DNA of 64,000 nucleotides, taken from positions 500,216,001 to 500,280,000 of the forward strand of contig NW_027362762.1 of assembly GCF_046119375.1 (NCBI RefSeq), in the 5' to 3' direction. Position numbers and translations under genes: made by a program. The notes under the pieces were generated by a model that did no database searches, was not told the origin of the DNA, and worked only from the letters and a program-made list of their open reading frames with translations. This DNA is from Phyllobates terribilis (lineage: Eukaryota). Positions 24,442-36,069 of the stretch are shown here, piece after piece (the stretch's first letter is position 1; every line of letters starts with the position of its first letter).

Positions 24442-25389
24442 CAAGCTTGCCTGATGGACCAGTGATATCTGGTGTGATATATTTCTGGGGAGTATCTCTA
24501 AATCCCTGCCTCATTATGTCATTAAGATCATACAGGACTAGTGGCATTTGTGTGCATTGTTTCCAATCCTCAGGTGTAATTAAACAGCGTTCCTGTGTGA
24601 ACTGCAACCTCTCAGAGACATTGTCTTTGTAACACTGCTGTTTATATTCTGTAAATTTGTAACTGTATGTTTCACTATATCTCTCCATGGAATAATGCCA
24701 TCCACGTGAAGGTATCACCTACTGGAATTAAAGGTACTGTTCTGCCTCCTGGAGAGTTTATTAATGAATTGGCAAAGACACACTATTAGTGTGGTTAGTA
24801 GCAAGCGAACAAGACCCCATTTATAAAGGCACAAACTATGATGCTTCACTAAAGTAATACTTTTCTAAGAAACAATTGCTTTTTATATAGGATGTGACGC
24901 CATTCTGTATGCCTATGGCATCTTACTGTCTGCAGTAGGTAAATATGTAGGGATAAGTGTATAGATGAACATGCTTGATAAATGTGCATCCTATAAAATG
25001 GTGACAAATCTCCAGGGCTTATACTGTTTTCTACTCTTTAATTGTTTTATCTATAAAATAGAAATAAGCAAGAAAGTTTCAATGAAAGGGGATTTCCACT
25101 TTTTGGGGACTTTTTTTTTTCTTTATATGCAAGTAATTTGCCCTAAATATTTTTTTCAATTGTGTTTCATTAAAAGTTGTGCACCCTTTAACTTTTATAG
25201 CTTCTGTGTTGCGCTGGCTGCAGAACTATATTGTATGACACCTTTTAATGGTAGAGATATGCCTACTGTAGGAAAATGAGACCATTCAAATATGCTTACA
25301 GCCTTGGGAGGAGAACAAAGTTGTTGCTCCAGCACCAGGCTACAGTGGTACTGGTATTACCTGGCACTGTAAACAGTAGAAGCAAGAGT

Positions 25390-25705
25390 AAAGTTGGCCA
25401 TACACATTAAATGGCTGTCGGCCAAATTATGTATTGGTCTATCATTAGGCCGACAGCCATCTCCGCCAACTGTCCCATACCCAGGAGCACCCCATTGGCT
25501 TGAGTGCTCCTGTGTTCTCTGAGAAAGCCACTAAGTGACATGTTGGTCGGATGCTTATTTCAGAGAGAACAATTCGATTGGCAGTCTGCAATCAGACATG
25601 TCCGATGGACATCAGCCGGCGCTCCCACACACATTATACCGTCATCTGAGCCCTTCGATATTGCAGATTCAGCCGACGTTAATCTAATGTGTATGGAGGC
25701 CCTAA
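25390..25705. mobile_element. Harbinger-like MITE
   Basis: Inverted termini ggccatacacatta / taatgtgtatgg. Confidence 0.55.
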
Positions 25706-26149
25706 GGCCTCTTTCTCAAAACTTAAGAGTGGAAGGAAACATTTGCATGACTTCCATGGTTTGTGTTACAAATGCTGATGAAAATGCTCCCTCTTATAAG
25801 TGGCCTCAGTATATTTGAGGGGTCAGTCAGAATACCACCCAAATCTCACACAACCCCCTTAGTTATCACAGTGCTGCATAGATTTGGGGTAAATGGAAAC
25901 ATCTATATGGTAAATTTTCTGTGTGGTCCATCTCGTTCCCTGCTAGTAATCACATCTCTCCACAATACAATAGAACCATTCTTTTATATATGTACGGTAT
26001 ATAGTGCCACCGTATTCTACAGCACTTGGGGAAGTCACAAAAAATGAGACATAGGAGCTTACAATCTAGAATGACGATGTTATTAGGACCAGACAGTTTT
26101 ACTAAACTTATGTGTAGCTGTGAAAAAGGCAAAACTGAGTTTTAGTAAT

Positions 26150-26700
26150 TTGGAGGAGTGATGTGGGGAAACTTATTGGGAATTGCTTCTCTATAAACGG
26201 TCCAAATGATGCTGTGTAATTGGCTGGTGGCCTTGTTCGGTTGGCTTTCATGGGATTTCCAAACATACACACCCAGAGACATAATGCAATGTGAGGTCTT
26301 GTAGATTGTGAAGAAATAAAATGCAGTGCTCAAGCTTTGCTGTACATCCCCATTGGTGGTATGCTGGATGCCATGGAGTCCATCTTTCTTAAGCTGTATA
26401 CATGACTTGCATGTGTGGTGCCATACATAATGTTTTGTACTGTAAATAGTCTCAAAATATGAAATAAAGTCTAATTTCCATATTACCCCAAATGTTGGTG
26501 CTCTGTGCCGCATAACGTGATGCTCTGGTGCATTTCTTGATATTCTATTTTAATCCTTCCCTGCACATGAGTAGTGCGGCCTTTCTCCAATGTTTCAAAG
26601 AATATGCATAAGGCCCTGCTCATCACATGTTTTCCATTTTTACAACATTTATGATATGATATATATCTTTTTAACATTTTATGGATTTCTAGATATATTT
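26150..26700 (-). mobile_element. Possible degenerate Penelope-like (GIY-YIG) ORF remnant
   Basis: STKHYVWHHTCKSC and late REA motifs in ORF 26142..26513 resemble PLE endonuclease regions; weak. Confidence 0.3.
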
Positions 26701-27648
26701 TTTTTAACAAGATTCAGTACCACAGGGTATAAAATGGTAAACATCAAATAGTGACTGAAATGTGAATAGCCTGAGTGGCTGAATCCTGAAGCACATACGT
26801 CTCCAAAAAGAAGCCATCTGCTATAATCTGTTAGATTTCTTTTTGGATTCATGTGCTATCAATTGCAAAATAGCCCCTACTTGGGTAAAATGGAAGGATC
26901 GCTTTTCCTTCAGAATCTAAATCTATAGCACTACCAGGCTTCTGTAGTATACTTTGTACTATGTAAACCTCAAACTAATAATTTAGTACAGGCGTTTGCC
27001 AGCAATTATCTTTTCTCTGGCCCCCAAAGTGTTATAACGGCAGCTGCGTTTGGCCGTCTGCCATTCCTTTTAATTTTTGTATTACTCTACAGGACGCTGC
27101 AGAGCGTGCAATGGAAGATTACGTCAGTCAGGACATACTCTGTGAGTGGAGTTAGCGCACAATGCAGCGCCTCCAGTGACGTCTATGCCCCAGCCACGGG
27201 TCCCCAGTGACGTCTATGCTCCAGCCACATGTCACTAGTGAGGTTGGCTGTGGCTGTATATGCCCCAGACACATGTCCCCAGTGTCTCCAGTGATGTCTA
27301 TGCCTCAGCCACATGTCTCCAGTGATGACTATGCCCCATCTCAGTGTCTCCAGTGACGTATGCCTGAGCCCCATGTCTCTAGTGAGGTTGGCTGTGGATG
27401 TATATGCCCCAGCCACATGTCCCCAGTGTCTCCAGTGATGTCTATGCCTCAGCCACATGTCTCCAGTGATGACTATGCCCCATCTCAGTGTCTCCAGTGA
27501 CGTATGCCTGAGCCCCATGTCTCTAGTGAGGTTGGCTGTGGATGTATATGCCCCAGCCACATGTCCCCAGCAGCGACGTCTATACCCTAGCCCCATCCCA
27601 GTGTCTCCAGTGACGTCTATGCCCCAGCCACATGTCTCCAGTGATGTA

Positions 27649-29264
27649 CAGTGCATTGTGAAAGTATTTGGCCCCCTTGAACTTTTCTACCCTTTGCCAC
27701 ATTTCTGGCTTCAAACATAAAGATATAAAATTCTAATTTTTGGGGGAAGAAACAACAAGTGGGACACAATCTTGAAGTGGAACGAAATTTATTGGATATT
27801 TTAAACTTTTTTACATTGAAAAGTGGGGTGTGCAATATTATTCGGCCCCCTTGAGTTAATACTTTGTAGCGCCACCTTTTGCTGCGATTACAGCTGCAAG
27901 TCGCTTGGGGTATGTCTCTATCAGTTTTGCACATCGAGAGGCTGAAATTCTTGCCCATGCTTCCTTGCAAAACAGCTCGAGCTCATTGAGGTTGGATGGA
28001 GGGCGTTTGTGAACAGCAGTTTTCAGCTCCTTCCACAGATTCTCGATTGGATTCAGGTCTGGACTTTGACTTGGCCATTCTAACACCTGGATACGTTTTA
28101 TTTTTGAACCATTCCATTGTAGATTTTGCTTTATGTTTGGGATCATTGCCTTGTTGGAAGATAAATCTCTGTCCCAGTCTCAGGTCTTTTGCAGACTCCA
28201 ACAGGTTTTCTTCCAGAATGGTCTTGTATTTGGCTCCGTCCATCTTCCCATCAATTTTAACCATCTTCCCTATCCCTGCTGAAGAAAAGCAGGCCCAAAC
28301 CATGATGCTGCCACCACCTTGTTTGACAGTGGGGATGGTGTTTTGAGGGTGATGAGCTGTGTTGCTTTTACACCAAACATATCGTTTTGCATTGTGGCCA
28401 AAAAGTTCGATTTTGGTTTCATCTGACCAGAGCACCTTATTCCACATGTTTGTTGTGTCTCCCAGGTGGCTTGTGGAAAACTTCAAATGAGACTTTTTAT
28501 GGATAGCTTTGAGAAATGGCTTTCTTCTTGCCACTCTTCCATAAAGGCCAGATTTGTGCAGTGTACGACTGATTGTTGTCCTATGGACAGACTCTCCCAC
28601 CTCAGCTGTAGATCTCTGCAGTTCATCCAGAGTGATCATGGGCCTTGTGGCTGCATCTCTGATCAGTCTTCTCCTTGTTCGAGATGAAAGTTTAGAGGGA
28701 CGGCCGGGTCTTGGTAGATATGCAGTGGTCTGATACTCCTTCCATTTTAATATGATAGCTTGCACAGTGCTCCTTGAGATGTTTAAAACTTTGGAAATCT
28801 TTTTGTATCCAAATCCGGCTTTAAACTTCGCCACAACAGTATCTCAGACCTGCCTGGTGTGTTCCTTGGTCTTCATGATGCTCTCTGCACTTGAAACAGA
28901 ACCCTGAGACTATCACAGAGCAGGTGCATTTATACGGAGACTTGATTACACACAGGTGGATTCTATTTATCATTACCAGTCATTTAGGACAACATTGGAT
29001 CATTCAGAGATCCTCACTGAACTTCTGGAGTGAGTTTGCTGCACTGAAAGTAAAGGGGCCGAATAATTTTGCACGCCCCACTTTTCATTTTTTTTTTTTT
29101 AAAGTTTAAAATTTCCAATAAATTTTGTTCCACTTCATGATTGTGTCCCACTTGTTGTTGATTCTTCCCCAAAAAGTTAGAATTTGATACCTTTATGTTT
29201 GAAGCCAGAAATGTGGCAAAAGGTAGAAAAGTTCAAGGGGGCCAAATACTTTCACAATGCACTG
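27649..29264 (-). mobile_element. Full-length Tc1 (DD34E) transposon, defective
   Basis: TA TSD; TIR CAGTGCATTGTGAAAGTATTTGGCCCC; ATG near 28876 (MKTKEHTRQV*), early stop, catalytic QQDND changed to QQGND, frameshift before [12 protein letters not shown]. Confidence 0.95.
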
Positions 29265-30681
29265 TATATGCCTCAGCCACATGTCTCCAGTGATGTCTAT
29301 GCCTCAGCCACATGTCTCCAGTGATGTCTATGCCTCAGCCACATGTCTCCAGTGATGTCTATGCCTCAGCCACATGTCTCCAGTGATGTCTATGCCTCAG
29401 CCACATGTCTCCAGTGATGTCTATGCCTCAGCCACATGTCTCCAGTGATGTCTATGCCTCAGCCACATGTCTCCAGTGATGTCTATGCCCCATCCCAGTG
29501 ATATATATGCCCCAGCTACATGTCTTCTGTGACGTGTATGCCCCAGCTACATGTCTTCTGTGACGTGTATGCCTCAGCCCCATGTCTCCTGTGATGTATA
29601 TGCCTCATCTCAGTGTCTCTAGTAACGTATATGCCTTGGCCTCATATCTCCAGTGCTGTCTATGCCCCATCAGTGTCTCCAGTGACGTCTATGCCCCAGC
29701 CACATATCTCCAGTGATGTCTGTGCCCCAGCCCAGTGTCTCCAGTGATGTCTATGCCTCAGCCACATGTCCCCAGTGATGTATATGCCTCAGCCACATGT
29801 CTCCAGTGATGTCTATGCCCCATCCCAGTGTCTCCAGTGACGTCTATGCCCCATCCCAGTGTCTCCAGTGACGTCTATGCCCCAGCCACATATCTCCAGT
29901 GATGTCTATGCCTCAGCCACATGTCCCCAGTGATGTCTATGCCCCATCCCAGTGTCTCCAGTGATGTCTATGCCCCATCCCAGTGTCTCCAGTGATGTCT
30001 ATGCCCCAGCCACATGTTTCCTGTGATGTATATGCCCCATCTCTGTTTCTCCAGTAACGTATATGCCTCAGCCACATATCTCCAGTCATGTCTATACCCC
30101 ATCAGTGTCTCCAGTGATGCCTATACCCCATCAGTGTCTCCAGTGATGCCTATACCCCATCAGTGTCTCCAGTGATAGCTATGCCCCCATTACAGTCTCT
30201 AATGATATCTATGCCCCTTCCCAATGTCTCCAGTGACGTCTATGACCCTTCCCAATGTCTCCAGTGACGTCTATGCCCCAGCCACATATCTCCAGTGATG
30301 TATATGCCACTGCCCAGTGTCTTCAGTGATGTCTATGCCCCAGCCACATGTCCCCAGTGACGTCTATGCCCAAGCCCCATCTCTGTGTCTCCAGTGATGT
30401 CTATGCCTCAGCCACGTCTCCAGTGATGTATATGCCTCAGCCACGTCTCCAGTGATGTATATGCCACAGCCACATGTCTCCAGTGATGTATATGCCCCAG
30501 CCACATGTCTCCAGTGATGTATATGCCTCAGCCGCATGTCTCCAGTGATGTCTATGCCCCATCACAGTGTTTCCAGTGATGTCTATGCCCCATCACAGTG
30601 TTTCCAGTGATATCTACGCCCCTGCCCAGTGTCTCCAGTGATGTACAGTATATGCCCCTGCTCAGTGTCTCCAGTGATGTA

Positions 30682-32250
30682 CAGTACAGACCAAAAGTTT
30701 GGACACACCTTCTCATTTAAAGATTTTTCTGTATTTTCATGACTTTCAAAATTGTACATTCACACTGAAGGCATCAAAACTATGAATTAACACATGTGGA
30801 ATTATATACTTAACAAAAAAGTGTGAAACAACTGAAAATATGTCTTATATTCTAGGTTCTTCAAAGTAGCCACCTTTTGCTTTGATGACTGCTTTGCACA
30901 CTCTTGGAATTCTCTTGATGAGCTTCAAGAGGTAGTCACCGGAAATAGTCTTCCAACAATCTTGAAGGAGTTCCCTGAAATGCTTAGCACTTGTTGGCCC
31001 TTTTGCCTTCATTCTGCAGTCCAGCTCACCCCAAACCATATCGATTGGGTTCTGGTCTGGTGACTGTGGAGGCCAGGTCATCTGGCGTAGCACCCCATCA
31101 ATCTCTGTCTTGGTCAAATAGCCCTTACACAGCCCTGAGGTGTGTTTGGGGTCATTGTCCTGTAGAAAAATAAATGATAGTCCAACTAAACGCAAACCGG
31201 ATGGAATAGCATGCCGCTGCAAGATGCTGTGGTAGCCATGCTGGTTTAGTATGCCTTCAATTTTGAATAAATCCCCAACAGTGTCACCAGCCAAGCACCC
31301 CCACACCATCACACCTCCTCCTCCATGCTTCACGGTGGGAACCAGGCATGTAGAGTCCATCCGTTCACCTTTTCTGCGTCGCACAAAGACACGGTGGTTG
31401 GAACCAAAGATCTCAAATTTGGACTCATCAGCGCAAACAAATCTCTTCTGCTTGTTGCCTGTCCTTAGCAGTGGTTTCCTAGCAGCTATTTTACCATGAA
31501 GGCCTGCTGCACAAAGTCTCCTCTTAACAGTTGTTGAAGAGATGTGTCTGCTGCTAGAACTCTGTGTGGCATTGACCTGGTATCTAATCTGAGCTGCTGT
31601 TAACCTGTGATCTCTGAGGCTGGTGACTCGGATAAACTTATCCACAGAAGCAGAGGTGACTCTTGGTCTTCCTTTCCTGGGGCGGTCCTCATGTGAACCA
31701 GTTTCTTTGTAGCGCTTGATGGTTTTTGCAACTGCACTTGGGGACACATTCAAAGTTTGCGGACTGACTGACCTTCATTTCTTAAAGTAATGATGGCCAC
31801 TCGTTTTTCTTTACTTAGCTGCTTTTTTCTTGCCATTATACAAATTCTAACAGTCTATTCAGTAGGACTATCAGCTGTGTATCCATCAGACTTCTGCACA
31901 ACACAACTGATAGTCCCAACCCCATTTATAAGGCAAGAAATCCCACTTATTAAACCTGATAGGGCACACCTGTGAGGTGAAAACCATTTCCGGTGACTAC
32001 CTCTTGAAGCTCATCAAGAGAATGCCAGGAGTGTGCAAAGCAGTCATCAAAGCAAAAGGTGGCTACTTTGAAGAACCTAGAATATAAGACATATTTTCAG
32101 TTGTTTCACACTTTTTTGTTAAGTATATAATTCCACATGTGTTAATTCATAGTTTTGATGCCTTCAGAGTGAATGTACAATTTTCAAAGTCATGAAAATG
32201 CAGAAAAATATTTAAATGAGAAGGTGTGTCCAAACTTTTGGTCTGCACTG
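30682..32250 (-). mobile_element. Near-full-length Tc1-like transposon of DD38E (Intruder-type) spacing
   Basis: TA TSD; TIR CAGT.CAGACCAAAAGTTTGGACACACCTTCTC; ORF 30845..31753 has 38 residues between the D of QDND and the final acidic residue (here D); short internal deletion before DESKF. Confidence 0.9.
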
Positions 32251-32407
32251 TATATGCCCCTGCTCAGTGTCTCCAGTGATGTATATGCCCCTACCCAGTG
32301 TCTCCAGTGATGTATATGCCCCATCCCAGTGTCTGCAGTGATGTCTATGCCTCAGCCACATGTCTCCAGTTATGTCTATGCCTCAGCCACATGTCTCCAG
32401 TGATGTA

Positions 32408-32476
32408 CAGGTGCATCTCACTAAATTAGAATATCATCAAAAAGTTAATTTATTTCAGTTCTTCAATACAAAAAGT
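32408..32476 (+). mobile_element. 69-bp terminus of a third Tc1 family
   Basis: gatgTA-CAGGTGCATCTCACTAAATTAGAATATCATCAAAAAG; truncated by the PLE-like module. Confidence 0.65.
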
Positions 32477-32615
32477 ATGCTCTATGACTAAGGGCGCGCT
32501 CAGTGCCAGAGTGTTTTTACCGCCAACTTGTGGAAATTTTTATTTTGCTTTTTGATATGAAATAAAGTTTGAAGATTATTTTAACTGGAGGTGCCTTCCC
32601 ACTTTACGCTTTTGA
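32477..32615 (+). mobile_element. Penelope-like/hammerhead module copy 2 (9-nt deletion AAACGCGTC)
   Basis: Reverse complement of 4326-4473 with identical ends; has AATAAA in the tail. Confidence 0.65.
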
Positions 32616-32839
32616 TGGGTCTCCAGTGATGTATATGCCCCAGCCCCGAAGTCTCCTGTCATGTGTATGCCCCAGCCCCGATGTCTCCTGTATGTACAGC
32701 AGCCTCTGTGTCTCCTGTGTGAATATACAGCAGCCTCTGTGTCTCCTGTGTGAATATACAGCAGCCTCTGTGTCTCCTGTCATGTGTATGCCCCAGCCCC
32801 GATGTCTCCTGTGTGATGTATATACAAACCTTCACACTA

Positions 32840-33290
32840 TATAATTGCCTTCATACAGTATAATGCCCCCCCCACATAGCCCTCAAAATATTATAATGGC
32901 CCCACATAGCCTTCCGTACAGTATAATGCGCACCCCGTAGTCCTCCATACAGTATAATGCGCTCCCCATAGTCCTCCATACAGTATAATGCGCTCCCCAT
33001 AGTCCTCCATACAGTATAATGCGCTCCCCGTGTCCTCCATACAGTATAATGCACTCCCCATAGTCCTCCATACAGTATAATGCGCTCCCCATAGTCCTCC
33101 ATACAGTATAATGCGCTCCCCATAGTCCTCCATACAGTATAATGCGCTCCCCATAGTCCCCCATACAGTATAATGCGCTCCCCATAGTCCCCCATACAGT
33201 ATAATGCGCTCCCCATAGTCCCCCACAGAATATAATGTGCTCCCCATAGTCCCCCATAGAATATAATGTACTCCCCATAGTCTTGCATAG
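32840..33290. repeat. 31-bp minisatellite (tacagtataatgcgctccccatagtcctcca)
   Basis: Period 31 (33061/33092); explains the 31-aa periodic ORFs 32851..33321. Confidence 0.95.
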
Positions 33291-33294
33291 AATA

Positions 33295-34035
33295 CAGGGT
33301 GAACCATTTATATGGATACACCTAAATGAAATGGGAATGGAATGAAACTTCCTGTTTGTGGCACATTAGTATATGGGAGGGGGAAAACTTTTCCAAATGG
33401 GTGGTGACCATTTTGAAGTCGGCCATTTTGGATCCAACTTTATTTTTTTCAATGGAAAGAGGGTCATGTGACACATCAAACTTATTGAGAATTTCATAAG
33501 AAAAACAATGGTGTTCTTGGTTTTAATGTAACTTTATTCTTTCATGAGTTTTTTACAAGTTTATGACCACTTTTAAAATGTGTTCAAAGTGCTGCCCATT
33601 GTGTTGGATTGTCATTGCAACCCTCTTCTCCCACTCTTGACACACTGATAGCAACACCACAGAAGAAATGCTAGCACAGGCTTCCAGTATCTTTTGTTTC
33701 AGATGCTACACATCTCGTATCTTGATGGTATGGTGGAGTATATGGGGTACAAAGATAGTGGGGCCATTCTTCATCAATGGAAACCTCAATGCCACTGGAC
33801 ATCTGAAATTGCTACATGATGATGTGTTGCCCTCTTTATGCACTGTAGATGGCACGTTCCCTGAGTTTTTCCAACACGATGGTGCACCACCATATTATGG
33901 GTGTCAGGTCCGAGCATTCCTACATGAACAGTTTCCTGGAAAGTGGATTGGTCGTCATGGGCCAGTTGAATGGCCACCAAGGTCTCCCAATCTGACCCCC
34001 TTAGACTTTTATCTTTGGGGTCATCTGAAGGCAAT
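33295..34035. mobile_element. DD41D (rosa/Visitor-type) mariner-like remnant with an internal inversion
   Basis: TA-CAGGGTG terminus; + strand FQHDGAPP...WPPRSPNLTPLD with 41 residues between the two D's; C-terminus KIRDV.HLKQKILEAC...NGQHFEHIL on the - strand at 33575-33723. Confidence 0.8.
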
Positions 34036-34653
34036 CCTGGTATGTATAGCACCCCCCCCCATCCCCCAATCCTGGTATGTATGGCACCCCCCATCCCTGG
34101 TATGTATGGCACCCCTCATCCCCCAATTCTGGTATGTATGGCCCCATCACTGCACACATAAAAAATAAACACTTATACTCTCCTTCCTTCCTCACCTCTG
34201 CTCCAGCGCTGCATCCTGTTTTGCTGCAGCAGCTCATGTCAGCATCTGAGCAGCGAATGACCTCACAGCCATGCGCTCTCAGACGCTGATGTGAGCTACC
34301 GCCATATTCACTCCTCTCCATGCCCGGAATATGGACGTGGAGAGGAGCAAATATGCATTCTCTTTAGTAGCGGGCACTGTCAACAGGAGCCGCGGCTCAG
34401 TGCTCGTCCGTGCCTGCTACTAAAGAGAATGAATATTCATTCTTCTCCACGCCCATGGGAGTAGAGAAGAGGGAATATTCATTTCCCTTTAGCAACGGGC
34501 ACACGTGGTAGCTGCAGCAGCGGCCACTGCGTGTACCCCGCTCCTCCGCCGCCGCAACTCCCCCTCCCCACTATCCACCAACGGAATTTCTATACACTCA
34601 AGAATATACTCAACAATGTGCTGAAAAACTCGGCTTATACTCGAGTACATACG
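34036..34653 (-). mobile_element. Pogo/Tigger-like MITE (one end visible) with short internal repeats
   Basis: Terminus CTCGGCTTATACTCGAGTACATACGG-TA. Confidence 0.55.
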
Positions 34654-34766
34654 GTAAATACAATACTCACCTATCCTCCTCGTTCCCCCGCTGCTTCACC
34701 CCTCCCCCGGCACATGGGCCCCATAGCAGTCGCGTAGCCTGCCGCCATTGGCGGTACGCCACTGTC

Positions 34767-35374
34767 CAAGATCCTATCCCAATATGTAGTAGGTGTAATA
34801 ATAATATTAGCAAATACCTCCAATTATAAATGTAGTATAGTTCTCCTGATTCAGTATGTCACTTACCTCATGTGCAGTCATTGCAGGACCTTAAGTATCC
34901 ATGGAAAAAAGCAATTGATCCAGCGAAAAAGGCATATAGAAGAAAATAAAACGTAGCTTTTATTAGCCATATAAAATAATGCTCCACTGTTTAGCAATAT
35001 TTTATATGGCGAATAAAAGCTAAATTTTATTTTCTTTTATATGCCTTTTTCGCTGGATCAATTGCTTTTTTCCTTGGATCCTCTCTTAGTTGCTCTGGCT
35101 GGATCCGTGTGAGGCGTAGATTGCTTCCCACCCCAAACAGGTGACTATTTTCTTTGTGTATACTTAGGTATCCATGGTTACGACCACTCATATAGTGACA
35201 GTTAGTTGTTAGTGGTCATAACCATGCATACCTAAGCTACTACAATGCCCTGTACATGCAATAAGTGACAAAGCGAATCAGAAGAACTACACTACATTCC
35301 TAATTGGAGGTATTTGGTATTATTATTATACCTACTACATATTGGGATAGGATCTTGGAGTTGGGAATATCCCT
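34767..35374 (+). mobile_element. Kolobok/T2-type MITE carrying a 258-bp insertion
   Basis: Arms AAGATCCTATCCCAATATGTAGTAGG / CCTACTACATATTGGGATAGGATCTT, right end CCCT-TTAA; insert 34905-35162 flanked by cttaagtatccatgg / cttaggtatccatgg. Confidence 0.8.
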
Positions 35375-36069
35375 TTAATTCTGAGTTGCTGGATCACGCT
35401 GGGGGTTACGTGTGAACTAGAAGTCACCTGTACAAGGAAAGAGATGTGGTGTCATAAGCAAGGTAAGTGAAAGCAGTGCTTCCTCACAGCTTCTATTACT
35501 GCCTTCAAATGAACTGTAATTAGGGGTTGGTGATAGAAGCAGGGTGATAACACCACCGCTCCCTGAAACAACTCGTGTGAGAGCGGTGACAGAGGCTGAG
35601 AGGTGGTGTTTCTACCCCTGATGATGTCTCATTTCAGGGAGAGATGGTGGTGATAGAAGCAGGGACTGTGGTGGGCAGGGCCGGCGTCAGCGCCCGGCGC
35701 ACCCGGGCAAGTGCCGGGCCCTGAGCAGGTGGGGGGGCCCACTCACTGTTGGGCAACCCGCTGCACTATTGGACCCGTGAGCAGGGCAGTGCCGGTGTCA
35801 GCGCCCGCTCCCCCCACGCCTGCTCAGCAGCCGGCACAATACTTACCTCTCCCTGTGCCTCCGCAGCAGCTGCGGTCTTTTCCGCGTCCTCTGACTGTGA
35901 CGTCTCAGGTCAGAGGGTGCGGTGACGTCTTTACACCACGCTCTCTCCTGAGCCGTCACAGCGCAGAGCAGGAAGACGCTGGAGACGCTGGAGTCCGGAG
36001 CTGCGGCAGCAGGTGAGAAGTGAGGTGAGTATTTGATTATTCTTATTTTTTTTTTTTAATGTATGGAGG

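Larger units (their letters stand above)
27170..32830. repeat. 31-bp satellite array (ccagtgatgt(c/a)tatgcc(t/c)cagccacatgtct) interrupted by three Tc1 insertions
   Basis: Exact 31-nt period at 29281/29312; a 147-bp higher-order duplication near 27230-27570. Confidence 0.95.

Noticed and set aside
32851-33321. Three overlapping Y/G-rich ORFs with a 31-aa period
   Set aside because: Artefact of a 31-bp unit read through three frames. The 27183..27656 ORF is a similar satellite artefact.
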